Part shown: positions 28,087-38,400 of the stretch, piece after piece | Position numbering within the stretch: the first letter of the stretch is position 1 | Layout: every line of letters begins with the position of its first letter | Assembly: GCA_963768425.1 (NCBI GenBank) | Contig: CAVYHV010000024.1 | Span: forward strand, 1 to 59,952 | Origin: Candidatus Bathyarchaeota archaeon | GTDB taxonomy: Archaea; Thermoproteota; Bathyarchaeia; Bathyarchaeales; Bathycorpusculaceae | Direction: 5' to 3' | Length of the DNA stretch: 59,952 nt | Made by a program: the position numbers and the translations under genes | Notes under the pieces: generated by a model | The model's input: only the letters and a program-made list of their open reading frames with translations | What the model was told of the DNA's origin: nothing | The model's database searches: none

Positions 28087-28344
28087 CTATTTTGCTATTA
28101 CTTCTTCCTCTTTCGGTGGAATAACCATTAGCTCTATTTCATTTTGTTTTGATGGTGATTTGATGGCTGGTTTTTGCGGTTCTATTGTTTTTGTCTGTTC
28201 TGAGCGTTGTCCTAGGATATAAAAGATCCATCCGACTGCGAAAACGATAACTAGGATGGGCGATAATAGAGCTATTGCGAGTTTGCTGCGTTTCTTTCTG
28301 TTGGTCTTAGTCATGTCGGCACCAACTATAGTATTGTAACTCAA
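28087..28344 (-). CDS. Small hypothetical membrane protein
   Basis: Basic N-terminus and one TM segment; likely start ATG 28314. Confidence 0.55.
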   Translation of the reverse strand: MSYNTIVGADMTKTNRKKRSKLAIALLSPILVIVFAVGWIFYILGQRSEQTKTIEPQKPAIKSPSKQNEIELMVIPPKEEEVIAK

Positions 28345-28450
28345 TTCTTAATATATAAGTTTTATTAATTCACGATGCAATTGAAGAGTGTCACTTATTG
28401 TTGCTTTTTGTAGCCACAATAGTTTAAGTATTTAATTTAACAAACATTTT

Positions 28451-28705
28451 GTGTTAAAGGTTAATCCCATGGATTTTGCTGAAGCTTTAGAGTTATCAAA
28501 GAGATTCCCCATTTATCGTCCAAAAATATTCAAAGGTTTTGTTGAATGGGGCATTTGTGATACTGAAACGGAGGGTTACGTAGTTTTTGCTGACACATTT
28601 TTAAACAAAGAATCAGGTCTTAACGAGTTGGAAGATTACGTTAAGAGTCATAAATTAAGAATAGATCGCGGTACCGAACACTTAATGATTTATACGACCT
28701 GTTGA
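28451..28705 (+). CDS. Hypothetical protein
   Basis: 84-aa ORF downstream of an AT-rich promoter-like region. Confidence 0.55.
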   Translation: MLKVNPMDFAEALELSKRFPIYRPKIFKGFVEWGICDTETEGYVVFADTFLNKESGLNELEDYVKSHKLRIDRGTEHLMIYTTC

Positions 28706-28991
28706 GTTCTTAGGACGACCAAGCCACCTGGTTTACCGATGAATGATTCAATGTTTTTTGCGAACCTTGCCCCTCATAGCCATAGTCGCATGAGTAACCT
28801 TGCTCATACCGCCACAGCATCCAAGAGAATAAACTTTAGATGCTTTATTGAAAATGAGTCGTTCAAACGCGCAGGGAGGAGGTTCAAAGTGACCCTGTTC
28901 CAAATGTGGAACATTTGTGTTCCATGATTAGACTAATATTCATCGAAACCAGGTTTAGGTTAGGCTTAACATAGACAAAGAGACGATACTG

Positions 28992-30395
28992 ATGTTTGCG
29001 GTGCTTGTCTTGACGCCAGCTTGGTATTTGGCAGTTCCCATATTTGCCATCTTGAGCGCGGGATTAGCGATTTACTTGAGCCATAGGCCTGCCGTAAGGA
29101 ATGTGTTTTCGGCGTTTTTGGTAACAGTGCTGTTGATTTCAGCGTTGTCAGGAGTAGCGTTTGCCGCCACAGATTCGAAAGGGCCTGGCTCGTTGTCTTC
29201 ACCTATTGTGTTAAAGTCTAATTTACCTGGCGAAGTGGGTTACTCGGTTTTTCAGCTTTCAGACGGAAGTCTAGTTTTGAATACTTCTAACCAAACGAGC
29301 ACCTTCTTGGTTAAACTTGACTCTTCAAATCATCTTTTGTGGATGCAGACGATTCGAATGGGTCAAGACGTAACAAATCTTACCCGTCTCTTGCCTACAA
29401 GCGACGGCGGCTTCCTCTTAGCTGGACTTGTGAATAACGAGTGCACGTTGTTGAAAACCGATTCGCGAGGGAACATTCAATGGACTCAAATGTTCAGTTC
29501 AGGGGCTAAGGTAAATTATTTCATGGCGATTATCCAAACACATGACGGAGGCTTCGCCGCTGCGGATTTTGGAGAGAATAATGTGGAAAGTTTAGGTTGG
29601 ATTTGGTTTTTCAAAACTGATTCTTTGGGAAACATGGAGTGGAATGAAACGCTTCAGGGAAGAGTGGCCGATTGCCCCTCAAGCATTATTCAAACGTCTG
29701 ACGGCGGATACATTTTATCCTGCACCCCTTACTCCTTTGTTCCCAATCAAGGCTTCTTCTCTCTCACCAAAATGAATGCCGCTGGCACTGTAGTTTGGAA
29801 TACAACTTACGGTGGCGCAGGTTATTTCATCCAGCCTGAATGCAACGGGGCAATAGCAACGCAAGACGGCGGCTACTTGCTGTTCGGTTATCTATGGGAC
29901 AAATGTGCATGGATGGTAAAAACTGATGCCGCAGGCACTATGGAATGGAACCAAACATATGGTGACAAAGACAGCTCAATAACAAGGGCAGTTGAAACCT
30001 CAAACGGAGAATACTTGCTTTTGACTATTTCAAACCTAACAATTCCTGGATTAATGATGACTGATCAAGCCGGCAACGAACTTTGGAACATGAGCCTCCC
30101 AGGGGTCACGCTGCCATGGGGGTTGGAGGCAAACTACAACTCCATTATATCCGTGAAAGGCGGCGGCTACGTCATGGTAGGTTCAGAAAATAACTCCGTT
30201 TGGCTTGCAAAACTTAACCTTCAAGACAACGGATCGATCACGTTACAGCTGCTGTCAATTCCTGTTGCAGTCCTTACTTTGGCTGCTATTGTGATGCTTC
30301 TGGTTGCATTGAAGAAAACCGCGGGAAAAACTCGTCCTAGTTTTAGTCAACAGTACATGTTAGATACTCGGTTGTCATTTTGCCAATGCGTATGA
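28992..30395 (+). CDS. Membrane-anchored extracellular beta-propeller-like repeat protein
   Basis: Repeating T.DGG(F/Y) and KTD..G...WN.TYG units; N- and C-terminal TM segments. Confidence 0.75.
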   Translation: MFAVLVLTPAWYLAVPIFAILSAGLAIYLSHRPAVRNVFSAFLVTVLLISALSGVAFAATDSKGPGSLSSPIVLKSNLPGEVGYSVFQLSDGSLVLNTSNQTSTFLVKLDSSNHLLWMQTIRMGQDVTNLTRLLPTSDGGFLLAGLVNNECTLLKTDSRGNIQWTQMFSSGAKVNYFMAIIQTHDGGFAAADFGENNVESLGWIWFFKTDSLGNMEWNETLQGRVADCPSSIIQTSDGGYILSCTPYSFVPNQGFFSLTKMNAAGTVVWNTTYGGAGYFIQPECNGAIATQDGGYLLFGYLWDKCAWMVKTDAAGTMEWNQTYGDKDSSITRAVETSNGEYLLLTISNLTIPGLMMTDQAGNELWNMSLPGVTLPWGLEANYNSIISVKGGGYVMVGSENNSVWLAKLNLQDNGSITLQLLSIPVAVLTLAAIVMLLVALKKTAGKTRPSFSQQYMLDTRLSFCQCV

Positions 30396-31241
30396 TTGCT
30401 TTAACAGTTCCATTGCATAGCCCATTTGGTCTTGTTGCGTAATCTTGATTTCTTTTTCTTCTCCGTTTCCATCGTTGAAATACCATTTGTATGTTTTTTC
30501 TGTAATCCACTTTTGAGGATCAACAAGTGTTCTAATATTTACTCTTAATCTAACGGTTACTCCATCTTTGCGAAGCGTAAGCACAGCAAACCTGTACTTT
30601 GACCCTTTCTGTCCCTTGAATAAGTGAAAGTCATCTCCACTTGGCTCAGCAATCAAGTCGGAAAATTCGTTTGTGATAGAAAGTATCAAGGCCTCTACCA
30701 AGAGCTTAACTTGGTCATGGTTATCCTCCAACTTCTTTTTCCAACTCAATGGTAGCTTCAAGGATTCGTTTTTGCCTTTCTGGTCAACAGAATCTTGAGC
30801 CTCGGAAACTGTTTCAGACGTTTTTGCTGGAGTGTTCTGTTTGGTTTCTTGCAGAAACTTTTGAAGGTCGACTTCTGCGTTGTAGAGTTCTTTCACAGCT
30901 TGCATTTTGCGTTTCAGGATGCTGTATTTGGTGACGCCGATTGTTTTGATGACTTCCTCGTTTCTTATTGGGGTACCGTGTAGCTTCTCGTTGTAGGTGA
31001 ATCGGTAGGCTTGGCAATCCATCCGACACTTTTCAGAGTGTTCTTTCCAGTGAACTTTGCCGCCCTTTTCATTTTTATCAAGAATGTAACCGAGGAAACC
31101 CCCATTCTTCGATGCGTAATCTATATCAGTTGCAACAAAAACAATTTCAGAAACAGCACCGCCCTGCGCATTTTCCCAAGTGACATCGAAAACACCGAGC
31201 TCCCCCATCAACTCCATCACTTTTGCCGCATTCATTGCCAA
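30375..31241 (-). CDS. Hypothetical protein with C-terminal DUF5655/YjbR-like domain
   Basis: C-terminal ...DPQKW...EIKI...AMELLKQSY pattern. Confidence 0.55.
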   Translation of the reverse strand: MAMNAAKVMELMGELGVFDVTWENAQGGAVSEIVFVATDIDYASKNGGFLGYILDKNEKGGKVHWKEHSEKCRMDCQAYRFTYNEKLHGTPIRNEEVIKTIGVTKYSILKRKMQAVKELYNAEVDLQKFLQETKQNTPAKTSETVSEAQDSVDQKGKNESLKLPLSWKKKLEDNHDQVKLLVEALILSITNEFSDLIAEPSGDDFHLFKGQKGSKYRFAVLTLRKDGVTVRLRVNIRTLVDPQKWITEKTYKWYFNDGNGEEKEIKITQQDQMGYAMELLKQSYALAK

Positions 31242-31420
31242 AATCCATCCTTTTCACATTATAGATTTTTCGTTGCATCTTACCCATGTTAGACCGCTAT
31301 AAACGTTACTGTAACCAAAAAGTGCTATAGTAGGGTTTCAAACTGTGATAATTTCGGCGAATTTTTTTGTTTGTGTTTTGGGGTGGTTTCTTGGAATGGG
31401 GCTGGCGTCAGCTATAGGTT

Positions 31421-31534
31421 GATACTTTATTTGACTTTATTTGACTTTATTTGACTTTATTTGACTTTATTTGACTTCATTTGACTTCATTTGACACAAT
31501 TTGACAATTAGACAAAATTAGACGTTATTAGACA
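31421..31534. repeat. 10-bp periodic array 1 (TTGACTTTAT, degenerating to TAGAC)
   Basis: TTGAC at 31431, 41, 51, 61, 71, 81, 91 and 31501; TAGAC at 31509, 19 and 29. Confidence 0.95.
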
Positions 31535-31657
31535 ATCCTCAGGACTGAAAGGTGGCCTTTAGAGGCAAGCTGCAGAAAGAGGAGAGTTCGGTTGAAAAAA
31601 AGTTCTTTGTGTTTTGGGTTGCTTTTTTGGAACAGTGGCTGAACCAGTTGTAACTGT

Positions 31658-31740
31658 AAGCTGAAAAAAGCTGAATTACGCTATAATAAGCTATATTAAG
31701 CTAAAATAAGCTAGAAAACGCTGTAATAAGCTATAAAAGT
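31658..31740. repeat. 10-bp periodic array 2 (A[A/C]GCT plus 5 variable AT-rich nt, 8 copies)
   Basis: A(A/C)GCT every 10 bp from 31658 to 31728. Confidence 0.9.
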
Positions 31741-31760
31741 CAATTGGAGATCAATTTAAC

Positions 31761-32039
31761 ATGCCTCTGGATCGAGCAGTAACCTTCAAAGCGTCTCTAC
31801 GCAAAAGTAGTCGCATAGGTGTCCCAAGAGTTATAAGGGGACAGTTCAAGCTTGAACCAACTCAAATCTTAAAAGTCACAATCACCCTAGCCGACACATT
31901 AGGTAACAAGGATAGCTTTTTCGGTAAAATGCGAAAAGACGGATACATCACAGTTCCACCGGTGTCAATTTCAATGATAAAAGAAGACCGGCAAAGCCTA
32001 GAAAACCGCATCATAGAAGTCATCATTGAACCGGCATAA
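31761..32039 (+). CDS. Small protein with two tandem AbrB-like (swapped-hairpin) repeats
   Basis: Internal duplication F.A.LRKSSRIGVP / FFGKMRKDGYITVP; GGAGA upstream. Confidence 0.7.
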   Translation: MPLDRAVTFKASLRKSSRIGVPRVIRGQFKLEPTQILKVTITLADTLGNKDSFFGKMRKDGYITVPPVSISMIKEDRQSLENRIIEVIIEPA

Positions 32040-32081
32040 AATGAACCGGCAAAAAACCCAGAAACACCCTTCACTCACGCA

Positions 32082-32951
32082 TCAAAGTGGCTTTTTTAGA
32101 GCTATGAACTGTTCATACGTCAGTAAATCCGGGATTTCTCTGCGGTTCATCTCTAAATCCGCTTTGTATCCGTAGGTGTTTATCCAATTGATCATTTTTT
32201 CAAAGTCGCCGGAAACGAAAGTTGGAGGAATCGTTGAAGCAGGTTGAGGCGGCGGTTGGAGATCCATAGGGGTTTTCCCGTATACTTTCTTGTAAGCAGT
32301 CATCATTTTGGTGAAGTCAACCTCGTCACCCGCAATTTCTACCGCTTTGCCGAGAAACCTCTCACGGTCTAGGAACATGTGTGCAACCCATTTGCCAATA
32401 TCCTGCACCGCAATCATCTGGAGGGGTTTCATGTTTTCGCCGCGCATCCTTGAAAACGCGCCAAAACGCACGTTCGCGGGCGACTCCATCAAATTCGTCA
32501 TAAAAGTTGTAGGGCGAACAATACTGTAGGGCAGTTCAATTTCTCGGATATGCTGCTCGACATGCCATTTGCTTTCAAAGTGAGGAATTCCAGTGTTACG
32601 TTCGGCGCCTCCAACAGAAGAGTAAATGAAATGCTGCACCGCCGCTTCTTTTGCGGCGTCAGCAACGCGTTTTCCTCGCTCTTCCTCTTTTTGGACACCT
32701 GCATCCATAAAATTCAGCATACTGAAAACGCCATATGTCCCATCCATCGAATGAATGAGACTACCATAATCATCCAGATCGGCTAGAACCATTTCTACAC
32801 CGCGCTTCCTTAGAGCTTGCGCCTCATCACTGGCCATATTGCGAATCAATGCACGCACTGAGAAATCAGTTCTAAGCAACGCCTCTACAACTGCGCCGCC
32901 CTGATGACCTGTGGCGCCCACAACAAGAATAGTTTTCCCCATGACAATCAC
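32082..32951 (-). CDS. NmrA/HSCARG family NAD(P)-binding protein
   Basis: VVGATGHQGG, YSSVGG, PHFESK and DIGK. Confidence 0.92.
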   Translation of the reverse strand: MIVMGKTILVVGATGHQGGAVVEALLRTDFSVRALIRNMASDEAQALRKRGVEMVLADLDDYGSLIHSMDGTYGVFSMLNFMDAGVQKEEERGKRVADAAKEAAVQHFIYSSVGGAERNTGIPHFESKWHVEQHIREIELPYSIVRPTTFMTNLMESPANVRFGAFSRMRGENMKPLQMIAVQDIGKWVAHMFLDRERFLGKAVEIAGDEVDFTKMMTAYKKVYGKTPMDLQPPPQPASTIPPTFVSGDFEKMINWINTYGYKADLEMNRREIPDLLTYEQFIALKKPL

Positions 32952-33083
32952 TTAGTTCAATAACAAAATAATTCGATTTCTGAACTAGTAGAAAACAAAA
33001 ATGAACATATAAGCCTTTAGAAGGGCGTTCTTATGTCTAAGAACAAGTAAAAATCTTATATTGTTTCTACCCCAGTAATACTT

Positions 33084-33587
33084 ATGAATATAACGCTCAT
33101 AGGGATGTCCGGCGTTGGAAAAAGCCGTATAGGCAGAGAACTCGCGGACAAATTGGGCTACAACTTCATAGACGTAGACGAGATAATTGAGAGAAGCAGC
33201 GGCAAGAAGCTGCAGGAAATGATTTACGAGCTGGGTAATGAAAAGTTCCTAAAGATAGAAGAAAAAGCCATATTGGGAATAGGCCGAATAGACAACTCGG
33301 TGATATCTCCTGGAGGGAGTTCCATCTATTCTGAGAAGGCTATGCTTTTCCTGAAAAGCATATCAAAAATAGTTTTCCTCAGTGCAACTCTTGAAGAGAT
33401 TAAAAAACGCACTTCAAACTTTTCTAAAAGAGGAATTGTAAGGTTAGAGATGGGGCTTGAGAAGCTTTTTGACGAAAGATTACCTCTTTATAGAAAATAC
33501 GCCGACATAACAATAGACTTGAAAAGTGGTTACAGTTATGAGTTTGCAGTGAACAAAATAGTCAAAGATGTTATTTCTTCTTATTGA
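33084..33587 (+). CDS. aroK: Shikimate kinase, bacterial AroK/AroL type
   Basis: LIGMSGVGKS P-loop, FIDVD, VISPGGS and ERLPLY. Confidence 0.85.
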   Translation: MNITLIGMSGVGKSRIGRELADKLGYNFIDVDEIIERSSGKKLQEMIYELGNEKFLKIEEKAILGIGRIDNSVISPGGSSIYSEKAMLFLKSISKIVFLSATLEEIKKRTSNFSKRGIVRLEMGLEKLFDERLPLYRKYADITIDLKSGYSYEFAVNKIVKDVISSY

Positions 33588-33985
33588 GGAGTTGTATAGC
33601 GTGATGGACCTTACTTCCCTAACTTCGTCACTCAATTGTTGTAGACCTAAAACAGGCAAGAAGCGCCTAACTATCATGGAAAAAGGGAAAATGTGCGGGA
33701 GGTATTTCCATTACACGCTATATTGTTTCAAACGAAAGCCTTAATTTTGAAACGTCAGTTTCAACGCTTGTGCAAAATCGAAAGCCCTAATATAAATCGT
33801 CGCTTTCATGTTTTGTCATTAATGTCCTATAATAAAGTAAATTTTTGAGGGCATCTTTTTGTTTTTGATATGTTACCACGTGGGAAATATTACTTATATG
33901 CGTTTTAACGGTTTTGACTGCTTGAGGAGAGAAGAAACGCGGAGTTTCTGGTGCTTTCTACTCCGGATCACGGAGGGATTATAGA

Positions 33986-34384
33986 GTGGTAACGAACTTG
34001 GGTGCTAAGACTCAAAGAGTAGATGCAGAGGAAGTTAAATCGGAGTGGAAGTCGCTTTGGCGGGGTCGATTCGACGATAAGGTTCGAGCAGAAGGTGTGG
34101 CGGATCGGAGTTTTCCGCTGTTGGCTGTGGAGCGGGGCACTGTGATTGTGGCCACGAGAGATTTTAAAGCGTTGAATTTGAAGGAGATTTTGCGTTCTTA
34201 CAACGTTCAAAGTGTAGACCGAGTTGCTGGTCCGTATCCTTCTGAGGGTGGATGGGCAAAGTTCGCTAAAACTGTTTTGAACAAGCAGGGCCGCGCCCAA
34301 AAACTTAAGGCTGATGCTCTGACTGTGCGCCGTGGAAAAAGCACGCAGCTAAAGAAGGGCGGAAGAGGCTGGCTGCATCAATAA
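33986..34384 (+). CDS. Hypothetical basic protein
   Basis: 132-aa ORF with GGAGG upstream of a GTG start. Confidence 0.6.
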   Translation: MVTNLGAKTQRVDAEEVKSEWKSLWRGRFDDKVRAEGVADRSFPLLAVERGTVIVATRDFKALNLKEILRSYNVQSVDRVAGPYPSEGGWAKFAKTVLNKQGRAQKLKADALTVRRGKSTQLKKGGRGWLHQ

Positions 34385-34466
34385 AAAAATAAAGCGCTTT
34401 CGGAAGAATTTCTTGTCTTTGCGGGTTTTGCTTTTTGGTTTAGCACTGTTAGGTTGAGGTGTTGTT

Positions 34467-34847
34467 TTGTTGTTGAAGAACAAAGGAACGGTGAATAAGA
34501 ATCGTGGCCGTTTGGATATTGTGCGGGATGTGCTTTCTATTGCGTCAGTTAAGGTCCGCAAGACAAGGATCATGTATGGGGCTAACTTGAGTTTTGTTCA
34601 ATTGGAGAAGTATTTGATGCTTCTTCAGGGAAGCGGTCTTTTGGAGTATGATGGTGATTCCGGTTATTTGGTTACTGAGAGAGGGATAAAGTTTCTCCAG
34701 CTCTATGATGGCTGTCTAGAGCAATCTGTGCGTTTGAAGGGGGAAGTCGAGAAGAACAGTGAGGATATGCTGCGGCTTGAGAACATGTGTTTCGGCCATA
34801 AGAGCGGGACTGATCAAATGGGCAATGAAAAAGAAGATCTGAAGTAA
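34467..34847 (+). CDS. Archaeal winged-helix regulator (DUF4364/HTH_45-like)
   Basis: RGRLDIV.DVL...KTRIMYGANLSF..LEKYL...YLVTERG. Confidence 0.85.
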   Translation: MLLKNKGTVNKNRGRLDIVRDVLSIASVKVRKTRIMYGANLSFVQLEKYLMLLQGSGLLEYDGDSGYLVTERGIKFLQLYDGCLEQSVRLKGEVEKNSEDMLRLENMCFGHKSGTDQMGNEKEDLK

Positions 34848-35350
34848 GGTAGAGCTGTACGATTTTCCATATTCTTTGTATCAAAATCGCTTTGTCACTG
34901 CCATAGTTGTGGAATTCTCCAAAAGATGGTGCGAGCGTTAGAGGTTTTTGATTAATTTAGGAAACTATTTATTGTTTATTGCATTAAATATATTGCGTAC
35001 CTTGGGAGCATGTCGAACGGTCTTGACGTTTAGTTAGAGTTTTCTTCGCTTCACGTCTCTCTCTGTCAGGAGAGGATTATTTAGCGTTATCTCGAAGTTT
35101 TTATTTCAAAGTTTGGGACTTTAAGTCTGATTATTCCGATAAGAGATTGTTTTTGGGAGTTTTATCGGGTTTGATCGTATTAGAGTGAGTTTTGTCGCAC
35201 TAATTCGAGATCTATTGATTTGTGCCGTGATTCAAACCCGGTTGTTTTTTTAATTAAGAAAATTTGATGAATTTCGATTTTTTTTCAATATGGTGTTTAT
35301 GAAAAGTCGCCTTAACATAAAATTTTTGCTAAAATGGGTGGGTTCAAGTC

Positions 35351-36097
35351 ATGAAAGAAGAGGCGCAAGGTTCAGCTTCGATTCAGATCTATTATAGCTG
35401 CGCTTAACGAGGAAGAAGGAATTGGACCAACAATAGTGGAGCTCAAAGATTGCCTCACCGAGGCTAAGATTTTGGTGGTGGACGGAAATAGCATTGACAA
35501 GACCGCGGAATTAGCCAAAAGCTTGGGTGCTGAAGTTGTTTTTCAAGATGGCCGTGGCAAGGGAGATGCGTTTGCTAAAGCTCTTGAACATATCGACAAC
35601 GACACTGATTATGTCATAATTACCGATGCTGACTTTACTTATCCGGCAAAGTACATTCCTGAAATGATTCAAAAATTGGAGAAGAATCCGCAGATTGGTA
35701 TGGTTTGTGGGAACAGGTTTACTGAGGATTATGGATGAAAACGCTTTGCATGACTTGTTCTATTTTGGGAATCGGATTATAGCTTTCACCCATAACCTGC
35801 TTAAACGGAATCAACTTGGCTGATCCGTTGACGGGGTTGCGTGTAGTGCGAGCGGAAATTCTTAGGAGCTGGAAGATGAAATCTAAAGGTTTTGACATGG
35901 AGGTTGAGCTTAATCATCGTGTGGAGCGGGAAGGTTTTGGCATCGTGGAGGTTCCTATTCAATATCGAGCACGATTAGGCGAGAAGAAACTTGGGGTTAG
36001 GCATGGCGCCGAAATTTTAATGCGCATGATTGTTAGAAACAACATATTGAAAGTTTATGCTTATCAGTTAATTAGTTTTTTCAGTTCCAATCGGTGA
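35351..36097 (+). CDS. GT2 dolichol-phosphate glycosyltransferase-like (at least 3 frameshifts)
   Basis: IIAALNEEEGI, VVDGNSID.T, DADFTYP, DPLTG and EVPIQYRAR.GEKK fall in successive frames; breaks near 35390, 35730 and 35805. Confidence 0.8.
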
Positions 36098-36152
36098 TAA
36101 TGCAAAGTTTTCTTTTGAAACAACTGATAATGCTTACCACTGTTTAGTACGT

Positions 36153-36680
36153 TTGATCTGGAGGCAACAACAAATAAAAAGCTGCTTCAAACTTTTCGCT
36201 GTCGCCCTATTGGTCTTCTTGGCGTTTGGCTCTTGCTTTTTCAGTATGCATTATGTTTTTGCCCAAACTGATCAAACCTCATCGAAACTGCAGGCAGCCA
36301 ACACTGCGGTGAACCAGGCTTTTAATGCTGTTTTGGCTGCTGAAAAAGCAGGCGCAAACGTCACTGGTCTGCTGGCTCAGTTAAATGTTGCTGAAGGCGA
36401 CTTGGCTCAAGCAGAAAACTCTTACCGAACTGGAGATTCCAACACAGCCGCAGCCCAAGCAGACAGCGTACTCCCAATTGCGCAACAAGTCACAACCGCC
36501 GCTCAAAACGCCAAACAAACCGCTATAGTTTCCGGTCAAAACGCCTTCTGGTCCACCATAGCATTTACAGTAATTGGTGCTTTCGTATTCGTTTTGGCTT
36601 TGTTTCTGGTTTGGCGCTGGTTCAAGCGACGTTACATTAACAATTTGTCTCAAGCAAAACCCGAGGTAAACAGCCAATGA
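36153..36680 (+). CDS. Hypothetical secreted/membrane helical protein
   Basis: Signal peptide, AEKAGANVTGL helical region and a C-terminal TM segment. Confidence 0.7.
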   Translation: MIWRQQQIKSCFKLFAVALLVFLAFGSCFFSMHYVFAQTDQTSSKLQAANTAVNQAFNAVLAAEKAGANVTGLLAQLNVAEGDLAQAENSYRTGDSNTAAAQADSVLPIAQQVTTAAQNAKQTAIVSGQNAFWSTIAFTVIGAFVFVLALFLVWRWFKRRYINNLSQAKPEVNSQ

Positions 36681-37278
36681 AGCTTGAAGGTTACAAACTT
36701 GTTTTTGTTGCTGTGGGCTTAATTGGCGTTTTGCTCATTGCAACTCCTGCAATTGCGAGTGCCATTCGTCTTCCTGGTCGGAGAGCAGTTTTCTGAGCTT
36801 TATCTTTTAGGTCCAAACCAGATGGCTGAAAATTACCCGTCTAACATTGCTGTCGGCATGAACTACTCCGTTTATGTGGGTGTAGGAAACCAGTTGGGGT
36901 CTTCAGCTTACTATGTTTTGTACGTGAAGCTTGGCTAATGAGACTGATCCACTACCGAATAATACCCTTGGGACGCCGAGTTCTCTTCAGCCCTTGTATG
37001 AATATAGGTTTTCCATTCAAAATGGCATGAATTGGGAAAGTCTCTTGACTTTTTCAGTTTCTAACGCTTCAATCTCAGGAAATAATTCACAGATCAACAC
37101 TTTACAAATAAACGGTGTTGCGTTTAATGTAGATAAGCCCGCCATGTGGGATTCAAATAGCACTACATTCAAATATCAACTTTTGTTTGAATTATGGATT
37201 TACAATAGTTCATCTAGTGCGATTTTGTATAATGACCGTTTTGTAGATCTTCAATTAAATCTTACGAAAACGGAATAA
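36677..37278 (+). CDS. DUF1616-like protein (2 frameshifts)
   Basis: MKLEGYKLVF..., GEQFSELYLLGP..MAENYP and LLFELWIYN across three frames. Confidence 0.7.
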
Positions 37279-37354
37279 TTTGTTTTTGCAGTTTAATGTT
37301 ACTTTGTAGTTCTTCCTGAAAATTTGATTTTTAATTTATCGTGGTGAATGATTT

Positions 37355-38125
37355 TTGGGCGTTGATAGTTGTGGCGCTGAGACTTTCTTTATTGTACCTG
37401 CAAGAAACCGAAAAAACTTGGACGCGAAAATTGCAGAATTACAGAAAATGAATGTCTCTTTCATCATTGTGTGCGGTGAGAAGGTAAATCAGCCTAATGT
37501 TGTATATCAGGAGAATAGAGGTAAGTGGGCCGCAATTAACTTCACGACAACGTTTATTCCCAAAGAAGCCAAAGTGATTGTACTTAACGATGTGGACACC
37601 AAAATATATAACTTTAAACTTGCCTTTAATTATTTAAGCGAGAAAATTGCCCTTGTCTATTGTGGAGTGCAGGTATCCCAAGGTCCGCAGGTGAAGTTTT
37701 ATAAAATTGTAAATCCATTGGTGAAGCGCTTTCATGTATTTTCAAATGGGGAGCTTATGCTGATTAGAAAGGAGATTTTTGAGCGCTTGCTACCGCTTCC
37801 TGCTTGTACAGCTGAGGATTCGTATATCCTTTTCAAAACGCTTGAATTGGGCTATCAAGCAAAGTTCTGCACAAGCGCGTACGTAACAACTGAACGAACT
37901 CATAATGCAAAAGAAGAAGCATCATATAAGAATAGAACAACCCTTGGTATCTACCAAGCCTTAGAGTATACAAAGCCTCCACCAGTGATAAGAGTATTTT
38001 ATGCAATGTTGCCTTTTTTTGCACCCATGCTGTCAGTGATGGGTGAAGATGGCCGATCCTATACAAAAGGAATTTACCGAGCACTTAAAGATTATTTAAC
38101 AAAAAAACGTCCTACAAAATTCTAA
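37355..38125 (+). CDS. GT2-family glycosyltransferase
   Basis: IVPARN, RGKWAAIN, LNDVD and AEDS. Confidence 0.8.
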   Translation: MGVDSCGAETFFIVPARNRKNLDAKIAELQKMNVSFIIVCGEKVNQPNVVYQENRGKWAAINFTTTFIPKEAKVIVLNDVDTKIYNFKLAFNYLSEKIALVYCGVQVSQGPQVKFYKIVNPLVKRFHVFSNGELMLIRKEIFERLLPLPACTAEDSYILFKTLELGYQAKFCTSAYVTTERTHNAKEEASYKNRTTLGIYQALEYTKPPPVIRVFYAMLPFFAPMLSVMGEDGRSYTKGIYRALKDYLTKKRPTKF

Positions 38126-38400
38126 TTTCAGATATATGTATGTATAAAATGATTTACATATCCAGTAGATGGAAAAGCAGTTTTTGATGACTTAGTTAAT
38201 TTTGAGTTACCCGTAGTAGTTTTATCCCGAGAGCTCACTTTGGGCATCGTTCCAAAACCTTAAAGTTTACTAGTCGTATTGACGCTGAGCATACGCTTTC
38301 CCAGCGATGCAGCACCAAGGTAAATTTACACAGAATGTTTGTACAACAATAGAATAATAATCAAGGCTAAGCTTGAGTTACACAGCGAGGTTTTAACTTC

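Noticed and set aside
31421-31740. CRISPR array
   Set aside because: The period is 10 bp with no 25-45 nt unique spacers, and no cas genes are in the window.
35351-37278. Programmed frameshifting or phase variation
   Set aside because: Breaks are multiple per gene and mostly not in long homopolymers or slippery heptamers.
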